64,000 nucleotides of DNA from Pseudovirgaria hyperparasitica (GCA_010093815.1 ML996568.1), one strand, 5' to 3'; positions 13,601-27,838 are shown, numbered from the stretch's first letter. The notes: generated by a model not told the origin, from the sequence alone. Translations and numbers: made by a program.

Positions 13601-15473
13601 GCCTAGGAGGATATATTATCCCGGCGTCGTGGTGCCCTCGAGTATATTATCTAGCGTGAGCGATCGCTATTAATTATAGATATTATAGATATAGAGAGGC
13701 CCTATACTTATCTAGAGATATAGTGTTATCTGGAGGTCATTACGTTCGGTATAAGACCATTCTAAGAGCGGGATCGACTTGTGTATATAAAATATAACTC
13801 TCCTGTCCGGGCCCGTGGGGTGGATGGTATAGTATCCTAGGTATGTTGTTAGCTTGTTAGTTTAGTAGTGTTTATATAGTTCCTAGATAGCTATTATTGC
13901 GGCTCCTATCTCTTCTAGGAGCGTCGCTTGGTTTTCTTGTTTATGTTATACGTTCGCCTATATAATAATAAGTATATCTTATACCCTTATTAGGTGCTAG
14001 GGAAAGTTCGAGTCTATATGTTAGTGGCGCTAAGGCGTGATTATCCTCGCGCGGTAGCGGCTTTAAGTATACCCTAGGGTCGGCCTATCTTTCTCTATAT
14101 AGTATGCTATTACGCGTTGTCCTCTCCCCTTTAGGGGGTGGTTACCGGATTTATAAGTAAAGTTAGGGATAGCGGCGAGGGTAGCGAGGGCCTTATAGCT
14201 TAGTATATCCACCTCGCTTCTCTTGTCTTTATCGCGTTAATATATTCTACGACCTACTTATGTTTCGTGCACGTTACTAACTAGGATAGGTGTTTCCCGT
14301 CGTAGTTAGAGTACTTAGCGGTGTCCCTATCTCGCGTCTCGTCGCTCTGCGTCTTATAAGGGCATTCCTTAGTGTTATAGCCCTATTTATACCACCTATA
14401 GGCGGTCTTCTAAGAGTACCTCTACCTAGTATACCCATATCCTTAATAGTTAAAGCATTGCGTTATTACCTATGCCCTATCCTATGGTTCCGCCGTAAGT
14501 AGCTCTCCTTCGGCTAGGAAGCCCTCCTACATTATCCTATAGGCGAGAGCAGGGTCCCTAAGCTCTACTATTATAGTAGAGTACTTTTTCGATTTTATCT
14601 TGATTCTCTAGACGTTCTTCTACCACGCCTTCGCAATCTTAATCCTAGGGTACTTTGGTTTATTAGATTGCTCTATTTACTTAATATCGTCTTCTCCGAT
14701 GACGTGTCCTTAGATAGGGATAGTATATATCTATATTAGGTACGTGGTTACGCGGACGGACGCGCTAGAGAAGATATTATTAATCGCGTTCGGGTCGCGC
14801 GAGATAGTCTACTAGGCCGTATTAGTAGTGGTAGTTAGTACTATACCTCCTAGGGTGAGTTTAGCGGCCACCATATTTAACTATATCCCTTTCTATTCGT
14901 TAATCTTATTTATAATATCCTTTAGGGACGCTTACTAGACTTATACGAGTACTTCTTTATTCTAGATAGTAACTTATATACTATATACCCCGTCCGTGGG
15001 TGCCCTTAGTGTTTTAGCTAACATGGCTGTTCCGCTTATAGGTGCGGCGACCTATGCCCACGTACTAGGGCGTTTTCCCTGGGTAAGGCCCTCCTAGATC
15101 CTCTATAGGCTGGCCTCTATGCGATCTAGTCTAGATTCCGGGTCTAGTTCCGGCGCCTATTTTACTCCTACGGTAAGCTCCCTAATATTCCGGATAAGGT
15201 TCCGGAAGATACTAAGGAGGGCCGTTTCTCCCTTCTCGACTTCCCCCTCTACACGTACTACCTAGTAGTTAATCTTATCCGGGAGGGTCTCCCCGGGCAG
15301 GGTCCCCTCCGTCTCTATTATCTATAGCGTTATACGCCCTTGGTTATTCGTCGTTTATTAGACGGGGGTTTAATCGTCCTAGGATATACCGCTATATAGC
15401 CGTTTCTACCATACTAGTGTTAGGGGTATACCCGGTGGAAGCCGAGGTACGTCGGTGCCTAAGGCCGCTATAA

Positions 15474-15504
15474 TTATTAGTTAAGGGTAGCCCTTAACTA
15501 ATAA
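15474..15504. promoter_or_regulatory. 31-bp palindrome, copy 2 (just upstream of the probable ORF1 start of LINE C1)
   Basis: TTATTAGTTAAGGG-tag-CCCTTAACTAATAA; function inferred only. Confidence 0.55.
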
Positions 15505-16934
15505 AAGGGGGTTAGCGTGTCGGCGTTTATTAGATGTAGTCTATGCTCGTGTTATCGAAGAGTCTTCGAGCGTATATATATAGTATCTCTATACGTTAGT
15601 ATCGTCGCGTATTATACGCTATACGTACGCACGTGTGTCGGAGGTTATTATACTTGGTATACTCTATCATTTGATGTATGTAAATCGCTGTTTTACCCCG
15701 AATTGACTAGTTTAGTCCGTTAGGGTATAAGAAGTTGTCTAAATTCCGCGTTAAGAGGATACTAAAATAATTAAGGCGGTGCTTCTTAATATAGAAAAGG
15801 ATAAGATATAGACTTAAATATAATACCTATTATAAAATATTAGGATTATAGCGTACTTTATTACTATAAGTATAGAGAAATAGAATATATTTCGCCTAAC
15901 TATAAGAATCTAAAAAAAGAATAGGCTAGTATATAAGACCTAACCGTATTCTTAGCTAAATTATATATACTTAGAAGAAGCTATAGCGCCTTCCGGCGAG
16001 TAAAGACCTTATATTACTAAAAGTATTATTATCTATAGTAAATAGTAATAAAACTATATAGGCCCTTATAGATACTAGTATAGAAGATAACTATATTTTA
16101 TTAATTCTTATAAAGGAGTATAGATTATTATATAATCTTAGTAAAGTTAGCCGAACTATTATAGTTAATAGATATAAAGTTAGAACTTTAGGTAAAGCTA
16201 TAATAAATTACGAAGTTTATAACTTAAAGATAATAAAATAGTAGATATCTAATAAATTTATTATAGCTAATATTAGCTAATAGAATATAATTCTAGGGAT
16301 GCCTTAGCTTAGATATCTAAACTCTATCCTTAATTTTTAGAAGAAGATATTAATATTCTAATAATACCGTAGTAAATTATACTAGTAAGTTATAACTATT
16401 AGTAAGAAGGTATAGAACCTTACTATACGGACCCGATTATTACTAATCTATCTTATATTCTTATTAATTATTAATAAAGATAAGGATAATAGTAATAATT
16501 AGGGTAAAGACACACTATCTAATATATATTTATAGTATACGGATATATTTTCGGTAGAAGATACATTACTTCTCCCTAATCATAGGCTATATAAGCTAAA
16601 GATTAAGCTTAAAGAGGGAGTAGACGTCCCTTATAGTCTACTTTATCTACTTTTAAGACTAGAACTTAAAGTTCTTTATAAATATATTAAAGAATACCTT
16701 AGAAGAGGCTAGATACGTTATAGTACGTTATTAGCTAGTATATCTATTCTCTTTATAAAGAAGAAAGATAGAAGTTTACGTCTATACGTTAACTATTAGA
16801 TACTAAATATAGTAACTAAGAAGAATTATTATCTATTACCGCTAGTTAGTAAATCTTTAGACTAATTAATAAAGGTAAAGTACTTTATAAAGCTAGATTT
16901 ATAAGATATATATTACCGGCTTTAAATTCGTTGC

Positions 16935-17280
16935 TGTTATAGCTATAGTAGTAGTATATACCATGTATAATTAATATAGGTAGTTACAAACCGGTCGTTT
17001 ATATAAATATAACCGACCGGATATATATATAGAAAATAGTATACTTTATAACTAATATAACTTAACTTATTAATAATCTTAATAAAGTAGTAGCTAAAAA
17101 CTAGTATCTACTAGTTCGTATACTTCGAACACTAAGTCCTCTTTACTAGGCTATCTTAGTTAATATAGTAATAATAGAATAATCGCTAGTTTAAGTAACC
17201 TCCTCCTTACTATACTACCTATACTAACTACTTTATTATAGGCTAGTAAAGTATCCTTCTTCTAGTATATAGCACGAGTA
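16935..17280 (+). mobile_element. Start of an LTR element inserted in the A1 RT (LTR ~16935-17084, then PBS-like tagtagc = TGGTAGC); probably the 5' end of Gypsy G
   Basis: Homology to A2 stops exactly before TGTTATAG at 16935; candidate LTR end ...cttaata at 17084; sequence runs into the assembly gap. Confidence 0.55.
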
Positions 17281-17520
17281 NNNNNNNNNNNNNNNNNNNN
17301 NNNNNNNNNNNNNNNNNNNNNNNNNNNNNNNNNNNNNNNNNNNNNNNNNNNNNNNNNNNNNNNNNNNNNNNNNNNNNNNNNNNNNNNNNNNNNNNNNNNN
17401 NNNNNNNNNNNNNNNNNNNNNNNNNNNNNNNNNNNNNNNNNNNNNNNNNNNNNNNNNNNNNNNNNNNNNNNNNNNNNNNNNNNNNNNNNNNNNNNNNNNN
17501 NNNNNNNNNNNNNNNNNNNN
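17281..17520. other. Assembly gap (240 N)
   Basis: Run of n. Confidence 1.
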
Positions 17521-20500
17521 GTCACGTGCTAGATAGATCGGCGTCCCTTTATGTATATACTCTCGGATTCCTACCGAAAGGGTTCGGTAGTAATTCGTTC
17601 TATAATAGAATACACTCTATTATTCTATCTAACTATACTACTATCTAATAACCCTATTCTTATATTTAAATTACTCCCTATATAGTACTATAGTTAAGAT
17701 AGTCTAACTAGAACCGAGAAGGTCGACACGATCTACTATAGGGATAAGTAACACTACATTAAATAATAGGGATCCTCTATAATCGGTATTAATCCCGGCC
17801 GTTTCTAACCGAGAAGTAGAAATATTAGACTAAATCACGGAGCTTTTAGACGAAGAAATAGCAGATACGCTAAGTAACTTCTAATAATATAAAGCCGGAC
17901 AATAAGTCGTGGCGGAGCCACGTAAGGTATTATAATAAACTATCACCGAACTTTAGGAATACGTCGCGAATTAGGCTTAAGAGATTTAAACCCTTAAAGA
18001 ATAGGTAGAACGCGCGAAACTCCTTATAAAGAGACGAGAACTTAAGGAGTCTCTTAAAGAACTACGCCGAACGATAGTAGGTAGACGACTTCCTATACTA
18101 ATTTAGGCGGAATTAGTTCACCTACCATTAGAGTTATAATAATCTACCGTATACCCGGCCGCTTCGTTACCGATTTACCCTACTTCTTCCCTAGATATAC
18201 TAAAACCTAAAGACCCGACTATATTTATAGGGAAGAACTAAAAGGAGTAGAAAGACTAGAAGAGAGACTACGAAAAGTACTTCCTCGATAACCCTCTACT
18301 CTTTTCTACTAAAGTATAACACATTTCGTTCGGAGAACGATACCTAGACTTATAATCCCGCGATCAATAGGATAGATAGAAGGAAGTATAGCTACTATCT
18401 ACGATAACCTAGGAATATTTAGCTATATTTATACTAAACACCCTCGGAACGGATAGAGAACGTAAAAGAAAGGCACTATCTAAGTTAAGAAGCGTAGTAT
18501 AACGACCGAACTAGACACCTACTTAACTACTATAATACCTCTAAAACCTATAGAATAATATCCCTACGCTATAGGAAAATATTCATATATTCTAGTTTCG
18601 CGAAGTACTACTTCTATTAATCCACGAAAGACTAGAAATAGTATTATTAAGTTTTAACTATCTACACGAATTAGAGGAGAAAGCTAACGAATACTACCGC
18701 ATCCTTAAGGAACGCGGCTCTCTAGGTAAAACCGACGAACCCTATACGGGTTAGAAACGAGGTCGATTAAATACGTTCGATTAAGAGTAACCTTACCGCG
18801 ATTAGCACTAGAAGAGTATAAATCAGGGTAGAAACGCGTTAAGAGGATACCAAAATAATCGAGGCGGTGCTTCTTAACACGGAAAAGAATAAGGTATAGG
18901 CTTATATATAACGCCTATCGTAAAATAGTAGGATTATAGCGCACTTTATTACTATAAGTATAGCGAAATAGAATATATTTCGCCTAACTATAAGAATCTA
19001 AAAAAAGAATAGGCTAGTACACGAGACCTAACCGCGTACTTAGCTAAATTATATATACTTAGAAGGAGCCGTAGCGCCTTCTAGCGAGTAAAGACCTAAT
19101 ATTACTAAAAGTATTATTACCTATAGTAAATAGTAATAAAACTATATAGGCCCTCGTGGACACTAGTATAGAAGATAACTATATTTCGTCGATTCTTATA
19201 AAGGAGTATAGATTATCGTACGATCTTAGTAAAGTTAGCCGAACTATTATAGTTAATAGATATAAAGTTAGAACTTTAGGTAAAGCTATAACGAATTACG
19301 AAGTTCATAACTCGAAGATAATAAAATAGTAGATGTCTAATAAATTCATTATAGCTAATATTAGCTAATAGAATATGATTCTAGGGATGCCTTAGCTTAG
19401 ACGCCTAAACCCTATCCTCGATTTTTAGAAGGAGATATTAACGTTCCGATAATACCGTAGTAAATTATACTAGTAAGTCGTAACTATTAGTAAGAAGGCA
19501 TGGAACCTCGCCGTGCGGACCTAATTATTACTAATCTATCTTATATCCTTATCAATCATTAATAAAGATAAGGACGATAGTAATAATCGGGGCGAAGATA
19601 CGCTACCCGACGTATATTCGTAGTATATAGATATGTTTTCGGTAGGAGATGCGTTACTTCTCCCTAATCACGGGCTATATAAGCTAAAGATCGAGCTTAA
19701 AGAGGGAGCAGACGTCCCTTATAGCCTACTTTACCTACTTTTAAGACTAGAACTCGAAGTTCTTCGTAAATACATTAAAGAATACCTTAAAGGAGGCTAG
19801 ATACGTCGTAGTATGTTATCGGCTGGCGCATCTATTCTCTTCGTAAAGAAGAAAGATAGAAGTTTACGTCTATACGTTAACTATTAGATACTAAATATAG
19901 TAACTAAGAAGAATCGTTACCTATTACTACTAGTTAGTAAATCTTTAGACTAATTAACGAAGGTAAAGTACTTTACGAAGCTAGATTTACGAGATATATA
20001 TTACCGGCTTCGAATTCGTCGCGGAGATAAGTAGAAAACCGCATTTCGGACTAGATATAGTTATTTTAAGTATACTATTATGCTATTCGGGCTAATAAAT
20101 GCGCTAGGAGCGTTTTAAGAATATATTAACACTATACTCGTAGGATTACTTAACGTGATTTATGTAGTTTATCTCGATAATATACTAATTTACTCCGATA
20201 GCATGTAGAATTATAAAGAACACGTGAAATCGGTACTAAATCGTCTAAGGTAGTATAAACTCTACGTAAAATTATCTAAATACGAGTTTTACTAATAAGA
20301 AGTTGGGTTTCTCGGCTTTATTATAATATATAGCGGCCTAAAAATAGAGCCGGAGCGTGTAAAGACCATCATGGAATGGCTAGAACCTACTACTATACGT
20401 TAAATTAGAATATTTATAGGTTTCGTAAACTATTATCGTAAATTCATTATAGGCTTCTTACGAATTACGGCGCCGCTTAATAAACTTATAGAGAATGGCG

Positions 20501-23500
20501 GTAAAATCCGTATAGGTAGGCGAGTATAGCGTAAAGCTAAGTCGGTTAAGATATAGTTAACGCCGGAAGCGTAAGATACGTTCCAATCGTTAAAGAATTA
20601 CTTTATAACTACGCCGATTCTTAGGTATTTTAATCCTAAGAAGTATATTTAGGTCGAAACTAACGCGTTAGGATTCGTAATTACTAGAATCATTAGTTAA
20701 CCGTATAAAGATGCGAAAGACAAGGTGTAATGGCACCCGGTCGCTTTCTTTTCCCGTAAAATAGCGGATATAGAGACGCGTTATAACACGCACGACTAGA
20801 AACTACTTATAATCGTCGAGAGTTTTAAGTAATGGCGATATTATTTAGAAGGCTCCGTACATTAGATCGAATTATTATTAGATTACGTAAATCTACGTTA
20901 CTTTATATCGACTAAGGTCCTTAATCGCCGATAAGTATGTTAGGCTAAGTAGATATTAATATTTAACTTTAAAATCTTATATAAAGCTAGAAGAGAGAAT
21001 AAAGCTAATCCTCTATCGCGGTATAAAGATTATAAGAAATCGTTATAGAATAACGTAGATAGTCGGTATAAGTTAGACTATACTATACTTTAGATACTAT
21101 AAGACTAGTTATCTAATAGAATACTAGAAGCTAGGACACTTTCGGCGATTCTCTGCGGGAATTAGAGCGGGTATTAAGTAATCTAAATAAACGTCTAAGA
21201 AACTAAGAAAACCCTTAAAGACTTAATTAAATCTACCTAGAATTCTAATATATTAGTAAAGAAAGTCATAAGTATAAAAGGAAGCGCTATAGATCCGCCG
21301 TGGTTATTAAGGTAGAAACGACGATCGGACGCGATCTACTTCTAAGGCCGACTCTACGTGCCGGAAGGCGGCTTATAAATCGATATTTTAAGGGAATAGC
21401 ACGATTATATATTAGTAGGGTACTTCGGCGTTATAAGGACGGTCGATTTAATCCGAAGGACGTACGACTAGCCGGGTCTTTATAAATATATAAAAGACTA
21501 CGTAAAAACGTATAACGTTTACCAGTATACGAAAGTATATAGACACTTACTATATAGCGAATTAAGGCTATTACCTATGCTAAAGGAGGCATAGAAGAAA
21601 TTATTAATGGATTTTATTATAGATCTACCCCTAAGTAAGTGTTCTAGATATATTTATAATAGTTTACTCGTAGTTCTAGATAGATTTACGAAGATATTAT
21701 ACTATATCCCTATAAGGAAGATGATCTAAGCACCGGATCTTATAGATATACTACTCCGTGACGTAGTCCGGCTCTATAGTATACTAAATGGTATAGTTTT
21801 AGATAGAGGTCCGTAGATAACGTCTAAATTTTAGAAGGATTTCTACTATACGCTAGGAATTAAGCGGAAACTTAGTACTATATTCCACCTATAAATAGAT
21901 AGATAGATAGAGCGGTAGAATTAGATAGTCGAGGCGTATTTACGTGTATATTATAACTATAAGTAGGATAACTAGGTAAGGTTAGTCTATGTCGCGGAAT
22001 TCGCGTATAATAATAGCCGATATACGTTAACCTACGTAAGTCCGTTCGAAGTAAACTTCGGTTAGAACTATAATGCGTAGTTCTTAGGGACTTAGTTCAA
22101 AGTAGAACGACCTAACGTTAAAGTAATAGAAATTACTATAGAACTATTCTAAACGCAAAGAAGCGTTATAAAGTTACTATAAGATACTACGAATTATAGT
22201 AAATCGCACTATAATAAGGGTAGAAAACCCATGATCTTTAATGTTAGGGACAAAGTTTTACTAAATAGCAAGAATATTCGTAGTATCAGGCCAAAGAAGA
22301 AGCTTAACTATATAATAATAGGTCTATATAAGATTACTCGTGTAATTAATAACCAGGCGTACGAGTTACAACTCCCTCCTACGTTAAAGATATATAATAT
22401 GTTCTATATTACGCTTCTCGAGCCATTTCATGCCTTATTATTACTAGATCGTTCCGAATAGATACTATATAAAGTAGTTACGTAAGAAGGTATAGATATC
22501 TACGAAGTTAAGTAGATACTTAGCTAGTAACGCGCTAAAGATGGCACGTGGCTATATAAAATTCGTTAGAAAGAATATAATCCTAACGAAGATACTTAGA
22601 AACCTATAATAAACATTAGTAAAGTAGCGATATTAGTATATAAGTAGCGATTAGTAAAGGAAGCCGCGGAATCGCAGAGAATTATACTAAAGTACGGCGA
22701 TTCGACATTTTTTAGTATAGTTTAGCGCTAAGGACGGCCGCCTAAAAGGAAGAAGGTAAAAGAGATATAGATCTTTAAAATATTCTAAGGAATTAAGGAA
22801 CTTCCTTAGAAAGTTCAAACTTAGAACTTCAAAAATTTAACTAAAAAAAAGACTTAGAAAAATAATTCACTAAGAGAAATAGACATCGAAAATCGATACC
22901 AATCAGTATAGATCGGTATAGATTACTAAAGAGATTAAAGAAGTTATTATTAAAGAAAGATAAAATTAAGAAAGCTAAAAGAAAATATAAAGATCTATAT
23001 AGATCTATATAAACTCGTACTAATCTATCTAGAAGAAGTAAGATCGCTTTAAAATTAAAACCGAAAAAACAAAAACGCCAGATAAAAGAGACATATTAGC
23101 ACCGATCGGTATAGATCCAAACCGATTAAGTCGGAGTAGGAGTAGAAGTACTAATTACCGCGATGGTTACATCTAATTCCTTCCGCTAGTTCTTATTTAG
23201 TATAGTATAGAGCTTTATAATATAAGTCTCTAGCCTTTCGTTCTAACGCTATAAATTCTATATAGCGCGCCTTATAGCTATAAACTCCTCTATAGAAACC
23301 TATAGAGCGGCGGGACCTAGGACGGAGAGAGATAGACCGGCGTGGGCACGCTAAGAATTATATAAATTAGCGAAAAGATTTAACGATCGGTATAGAACCA
23401 CATACCTTTAGTATAGAAACTTCTAGATTAGAGCTATCTTCCCTAAATTTACGGCTCTTTAGCATACGCGAGGAAGGAACCTTAGCCTTTTTACTAGAAT

Positions 23501-24819
23501 CTTTTCTAGAAATTCTAATATCGCCGGTATATAGAAAGAAGTCCGAAGTAGTAGAGATTTTAGTACTATTATAGAGATTAATATATATTAGTAAGAATCT
23601 ATAACGATTTAAGAAAAATAATATTACCTAGTAATCATGGTAATAATAGCTATAGTAGATTCCGATAAATCCTTACGGATCTTATTAGAATCGTACTCCT
23701 AGGCGTAACCCTTGCCTTAGGTATATAGCTTATAGAAAGCCTTCTCTAAGGCGTTACGATTAGTAGTACCACGCTCCTTATTAGTAGAGGTTACTAGAGG
23801 CCTAGTAGTAATCTATACTAATATAAGTAAATCTACGTAAAGTTCTTCGAACTTACTTAAATACCTATAAGTAATAACGCTTCTTGGTTATGTAAGTACT
23901 ATATATTATAGATTTAGCACTGCCGTAAGTAATATACGACGGAAAGTAACAACTATAATAATATATAGCTAGATTATTAGAGCCTAGCCTAGGTCGGGGT
24001 AGATTAATGGCTTTCGACATGTCGGTAACGTATACAAGATAGGGATTATTTAAAGGCGCCTATTTCCGTACTAATTACTTTAGAGCGTTAAGATTTCGGG
24101 AAACTATATTAAGATTATTATTAATTTATACGGATTATTACGAATTATATTATTACTAGCTAAGGACGGTACGAAAATTAGTAAATTACGTAAATCGTAC
24201 TAAATTATAGTAAATCTATATAAATCTATATCTATAAGGATTAGGTAATATACCTAATAATCTAAAAAACTCTATAAAGAGTTAAGAAGTTTTTTAAAGA
24301 AAGGAATATTTCTAAGAGAAGATTTTAATATAGGTAGTACCTAGGCTTACCTAATCATATTACGTAATACGCTAGGCCTAATTAGGCAATCTCACCTATA
24401 TAAGAAGTTAAGATAGATAAAATCTAGTTTATTAGGAAAACGCTTATATAAATCTTAGATCGGTAAATATTAGTAAGTATCTAAGACGAAGCGTAGAGAA
24501 TAACTAAGGTCTTATAAGACTTAGGATAGAGATATAGGGATAGGTAATAATCTAGGTCGCTAAGGGTAGCTTCCTAGAGGGAAGGGATAATTATTAGGAC
24601 TTAGCCTTAGGTAGGACCCGACCTATATATACCTTAGCTAATAGGGTTAGGAGGTAACGTAAAGGGCGGTAAACAGTCACGTGCTAGATAGATCGGCGTC
24701 CCTTTATGTATATACTCTCGGATTCCTACCGAAAGGGTTCGGTAGTAATTCGTTCTATAATAGAATACACCCTATTATTCTATCTAACTATACTACTATC
24801 TAATAACCCTATTCTTATA
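17521..24819 (+). mobile_element. Ty3/Gypsy chromovirus family A, copy A2 (5' LTR partly in gap, ends 17664; 3' LTR 24592-24819), inserted in the 3' region of LINE C2
   Basis: Protease ALVDTS (~19150); RT VYLDN = YLDD (~20170); RNase H VETNA; integrase; chromodomain YEV..I...YKIR*KEYNPNEDT*KP (22501-22620); PPT agagggaagggataat before the 3' LTR. Confidence 0.93.
23126..24107 (-). pseudogene. Antisense, intron-containing accessory gene of family A (Cys-rich Zn-cluster-like N-terminus, coiled-coil-like C-terminus), RIP-mutated
   Basis: De-RIPped reading MVSRNLDALKQLVRKQAPSNNPCLVC...GCYFPS...CSTCITKKRHCLQ...EEFTAMRRAMQNLQRQNERLETYVAKL...TPTPT*. Intron 23405-23351 (gtatgt...gctaat...ttag); further probable introns ~23627-23566 and ~23860-23820. 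Confidence 0.6.
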
Positions 24820-24886
24820 ACGCCTATTAGCCTATAGTCTATATTACTATTATTTTACCCTTAGGTAGCACGTGTAGATACGGAGG

Positions 24887-24917
24887 TTATTAGTTAAGGG
24901 CTACCCTTAACTAATAA
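24887..24917. promoter_or_regulatory. 31-bp palindrome, copy 3 (3' region of LINE C2)
   Basis: TTATTAGTTAAGGG-cta-CCCTTAACTAATAA; function inferred only. Confidence 0.55.
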
Positions 24918-27838
24918 TCGGGGTTCTCCCGGGGTTCTTCTAGTATATATCGGGTTACTACCGGCGTATACCGGGTCTCTTCCGGTATATATTTCCGGGT
25001 CTACTAGTACTAGAGGAGTAGTAGATATATAAGTATCTATTAGGAGATGTTCTTAGGGTACTTATTAAGCTATTATACGATATCTAAAGTCTTTATAATA
25101 TAGATAAGCTATTACTATTATATATAGAGGTTAGAGTATATAGCTAGATAGTAGCGTATTATACCTCTCCGGCTATATACCTTATACTATAGGGAGGTAT
25201 TAGGAACGCCTCTCTTATAGAGATAGTATAGAAGTTCTATAGCGCCCGTTCGGGCTTAGATAAGTATAGATACTTAGGCTTTCGTTAGCCCTTTATATAT
25301 CTATTTACTTAGTTCCTTCTATAGCCCTTAAATCTACTCTAGGTACCTATTCTATTAGAAGGTCTAGTAGATATAGAGTGTCTCTTTCTACTTATCTTAA
25401 GTCTACGACCGTATATTTTTTACGAGTTCTTAAAGACTCTACTAGTCTAGAAGAGCGTCTAGGTTATCTCGGACTTCTTATACTACTTAGCTAGAGTCAG
25501 CTTCTATTAAGCACCTATACCGTATTTAATTCCGGCCTATATATAGGAGTGCGCGGTAATATATACTAATTTATATATATAGCGCGGCGAAAGTATATTC
25601 TACGTTTTCTATATATTTCTATACTTATTATTTAGTAAAGTATACTACCCTCTATATCTAGTAGAAGTTATATATACTTATAACGTCTATCTCGCGTCGT
25701 AGTAGTACCATATTAGTAGCTTTATATACGCCTAATATAAGACGGAGTATACAGTTCTATATAGATTCGAGCTTTATTTACCTAGTCTATATAAGGGCCG
25801 TATACTAGTACTTATGTCCGTATATAAAGGCGGGTCGTACTATAGATATATATAGCTAGCGTGCCTTATCCTAGGTAGTTCCCTACGTGGAGGCTATAAT
25901 CTATTATATAGCGGCTTCTATCTAGAGGGCCCTAGAGACGGTATATACTACTTATAGTCCCTATTTAAGCTTGCTATCTAGTATAACTCCGAGCGCGCGT
26001 ATACTTTATACTAGTAGTTTATTAAATACGTCGATTCGGGGGCGTCGTTCGCCTTCCCTAATTACCTATTTCTCTTAATAATTAATAAAGTGTATAAGCT
26101 AGTATTTCTCTAGGGCGAACTTTACTCTATAGCGTTTTACCTACTAGAGGTACCTCTCGTAGTCCTATTCTAGTCGTCTATACGTTCGGTTAGTATTATT
26201 ATTAATAGCTAGAAGGTATATATTATTAGCGTATCCGACTACCTCTATATACTTTATTTCTTAAAGAAGGTCTACTATAAAGAAGAGGAATAGAATCGGA
26301 GAGATAGTACTCCCTTATGGGATGCCGTATACCATCTCTTTATATTTACTCTAGTACCTAGGGATATATATCTAAGTTATTCTTCCTATAAGGAATAACT
26401 ATATAAAGCGTATAATCTATTCTAGTATTCGTCTTATCCGGAGGTTATGAATAAGTCTTATATAGTTTACCTTATTAAACGCTCCGGCCATATCGAGGGA
26501 GAGGAGCGATACTACCCGTCCCTATTTCTATGCGGCCTAGACGACTTTAATAATATATTAGATAGCTATTATTAGGGAGCTATCTATCTTTACCTTCTAG
26601 TTCGGAGGGAGGAGATTATATTCCTATACCGCGGTACTTATCTTCTTTACTATTATAGTCTCTAGTATCTTATCTAGATAGAAGAGAAGGGTAATTAGTC
26701 TCTATCCCTTTAGGGAGTTAGGGCTCTTTCCTAGTTTCGGGAGTATAATAGTATAGATAACTCGGAAGCTCTAGAGGTGGTACCCCTACGTGACGTATAC
26801 TTAGAATATATAAGTAATAAGCGGTAGGGTCGCTTTTATAGTACTTTTTAGGCATCGATTTAGAATTCCATCTAGTCCGGGTGCTTTATCATTTAGGAGT
26901 ATCTTAATAATATTAAGTATGTTCTCCTCCGTAACTTCTTCGGAGATATCTACTATATATAGTATGGAAGGCCGCTCCTGTAGCCCTACATGTATGTGTC
27001 CCTAGCTCGATCATATGGCTCATTGTATATTTAAGGAGGGCGTTTTCCTTGGTCATTCTACATGACACGCTTCCACCATCACTAATATTCGACGATTCGA
27101 CCTTTCCTTACGTTCATGGGCCTCTATGGGTATTGATTATTAGGCTTAGCTATTGATGAATTGATTAAGAGTATTATATAGACCCGTCCTATCGTAAAAG
27201 AGAACTAATAAGAAGTCGTGCGTTCAAAGAGAACTTATAATACCTAGGAGAGATACTTGTGAGTTCGTCGCGACTACTATACTAAGGACACAGCCATTTA
27301 TAAAAAGGGACATACGTGGCGATAGCTTATCATAATTTTAGAGGTCGTACCTAGACTACGAACTTATAGGGGGAGATTAGGACTCCGAAACTAGCTTAGG
27401 GGAAGTATATGGCGTGCCTAATAAGGTAGTCTAGACTTACTAGATCGAAGCCACGAGTCCGGAAAACAGGGAGTCCGGAGTCGCTAGGGGCTAGCCTCTT
27501 AAAAGTAGCCGTAAAAAGCATGCGCATGCTAATACGGGTGATAGCGCGACTCGAAAATGTCTTAGGGGAATAGGATATAAAACAGGGCCAGATGAAGCAG
27601 TAAAGAAGAGTTCAAAAACGATAAATATAACCTGTTTAGTGCTGCTATAGCTGTTATTCACAAACACGGCTACACGAGTATACCACTTTAGGAACGCCTC
27701 ACACGAAGATAATAATATAAGTAGGATACCGTGAACCTTATATTGATAAAGACGATAGTGATAGTTCATCTTATAAAGGGATTAATCAATATGGAGAAGG
27801 GATGATGGGTGTTATGGGTAGACGTATTGGGCTAACCT

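Larger units (their letters stand above)
10431..15746 (-). mobile_element. Apparently full-length Tad1-like LINE, copy C1 (ORF1 with CCHC knuckles; ORF2 APE endonuclease + RT), RIP-inactivated
   Basis: 15-bp TSD cgcgttaagaggata (10416-10430, 15747-15761); trinucleotide tail at 10431. Minus-strand motifs: LLGDFNL (~13600), KVPGPDGIPN (~12650), LDMAGVFDKVNH (~12260), GSTISPILF (~12080), GYVDD (~12010), QCFN...GYG knuckle (~14450). Confidence 0.93.
8811..16934 (+). mobile_element. Ty3/Gypsy family A, copy A1 (5' LTR, gag, protease, N-terminal RT); interrupted by solo LTR B and LINE C1, broken at 16935
   Basis: 228-bp LTR 8811-9038 matches LTRs at 24592, 43896 and 51600; internal sequence is colinear with A2/A3; RT motif [17 protein letters not shown] near 16750-16800. 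Confidence 0.9.

Noticed and set aside
16991..17020. Hairpin ccggtcg...cgaccgg in the 16935 LTR
   Set aside because: Single short inverted repeat around an AT-rich loop; no second copy in the window to support a function.
17262..17525. 87-aa ORF-track entry made of X residues
   Set aside because: Artefact of the N gap.
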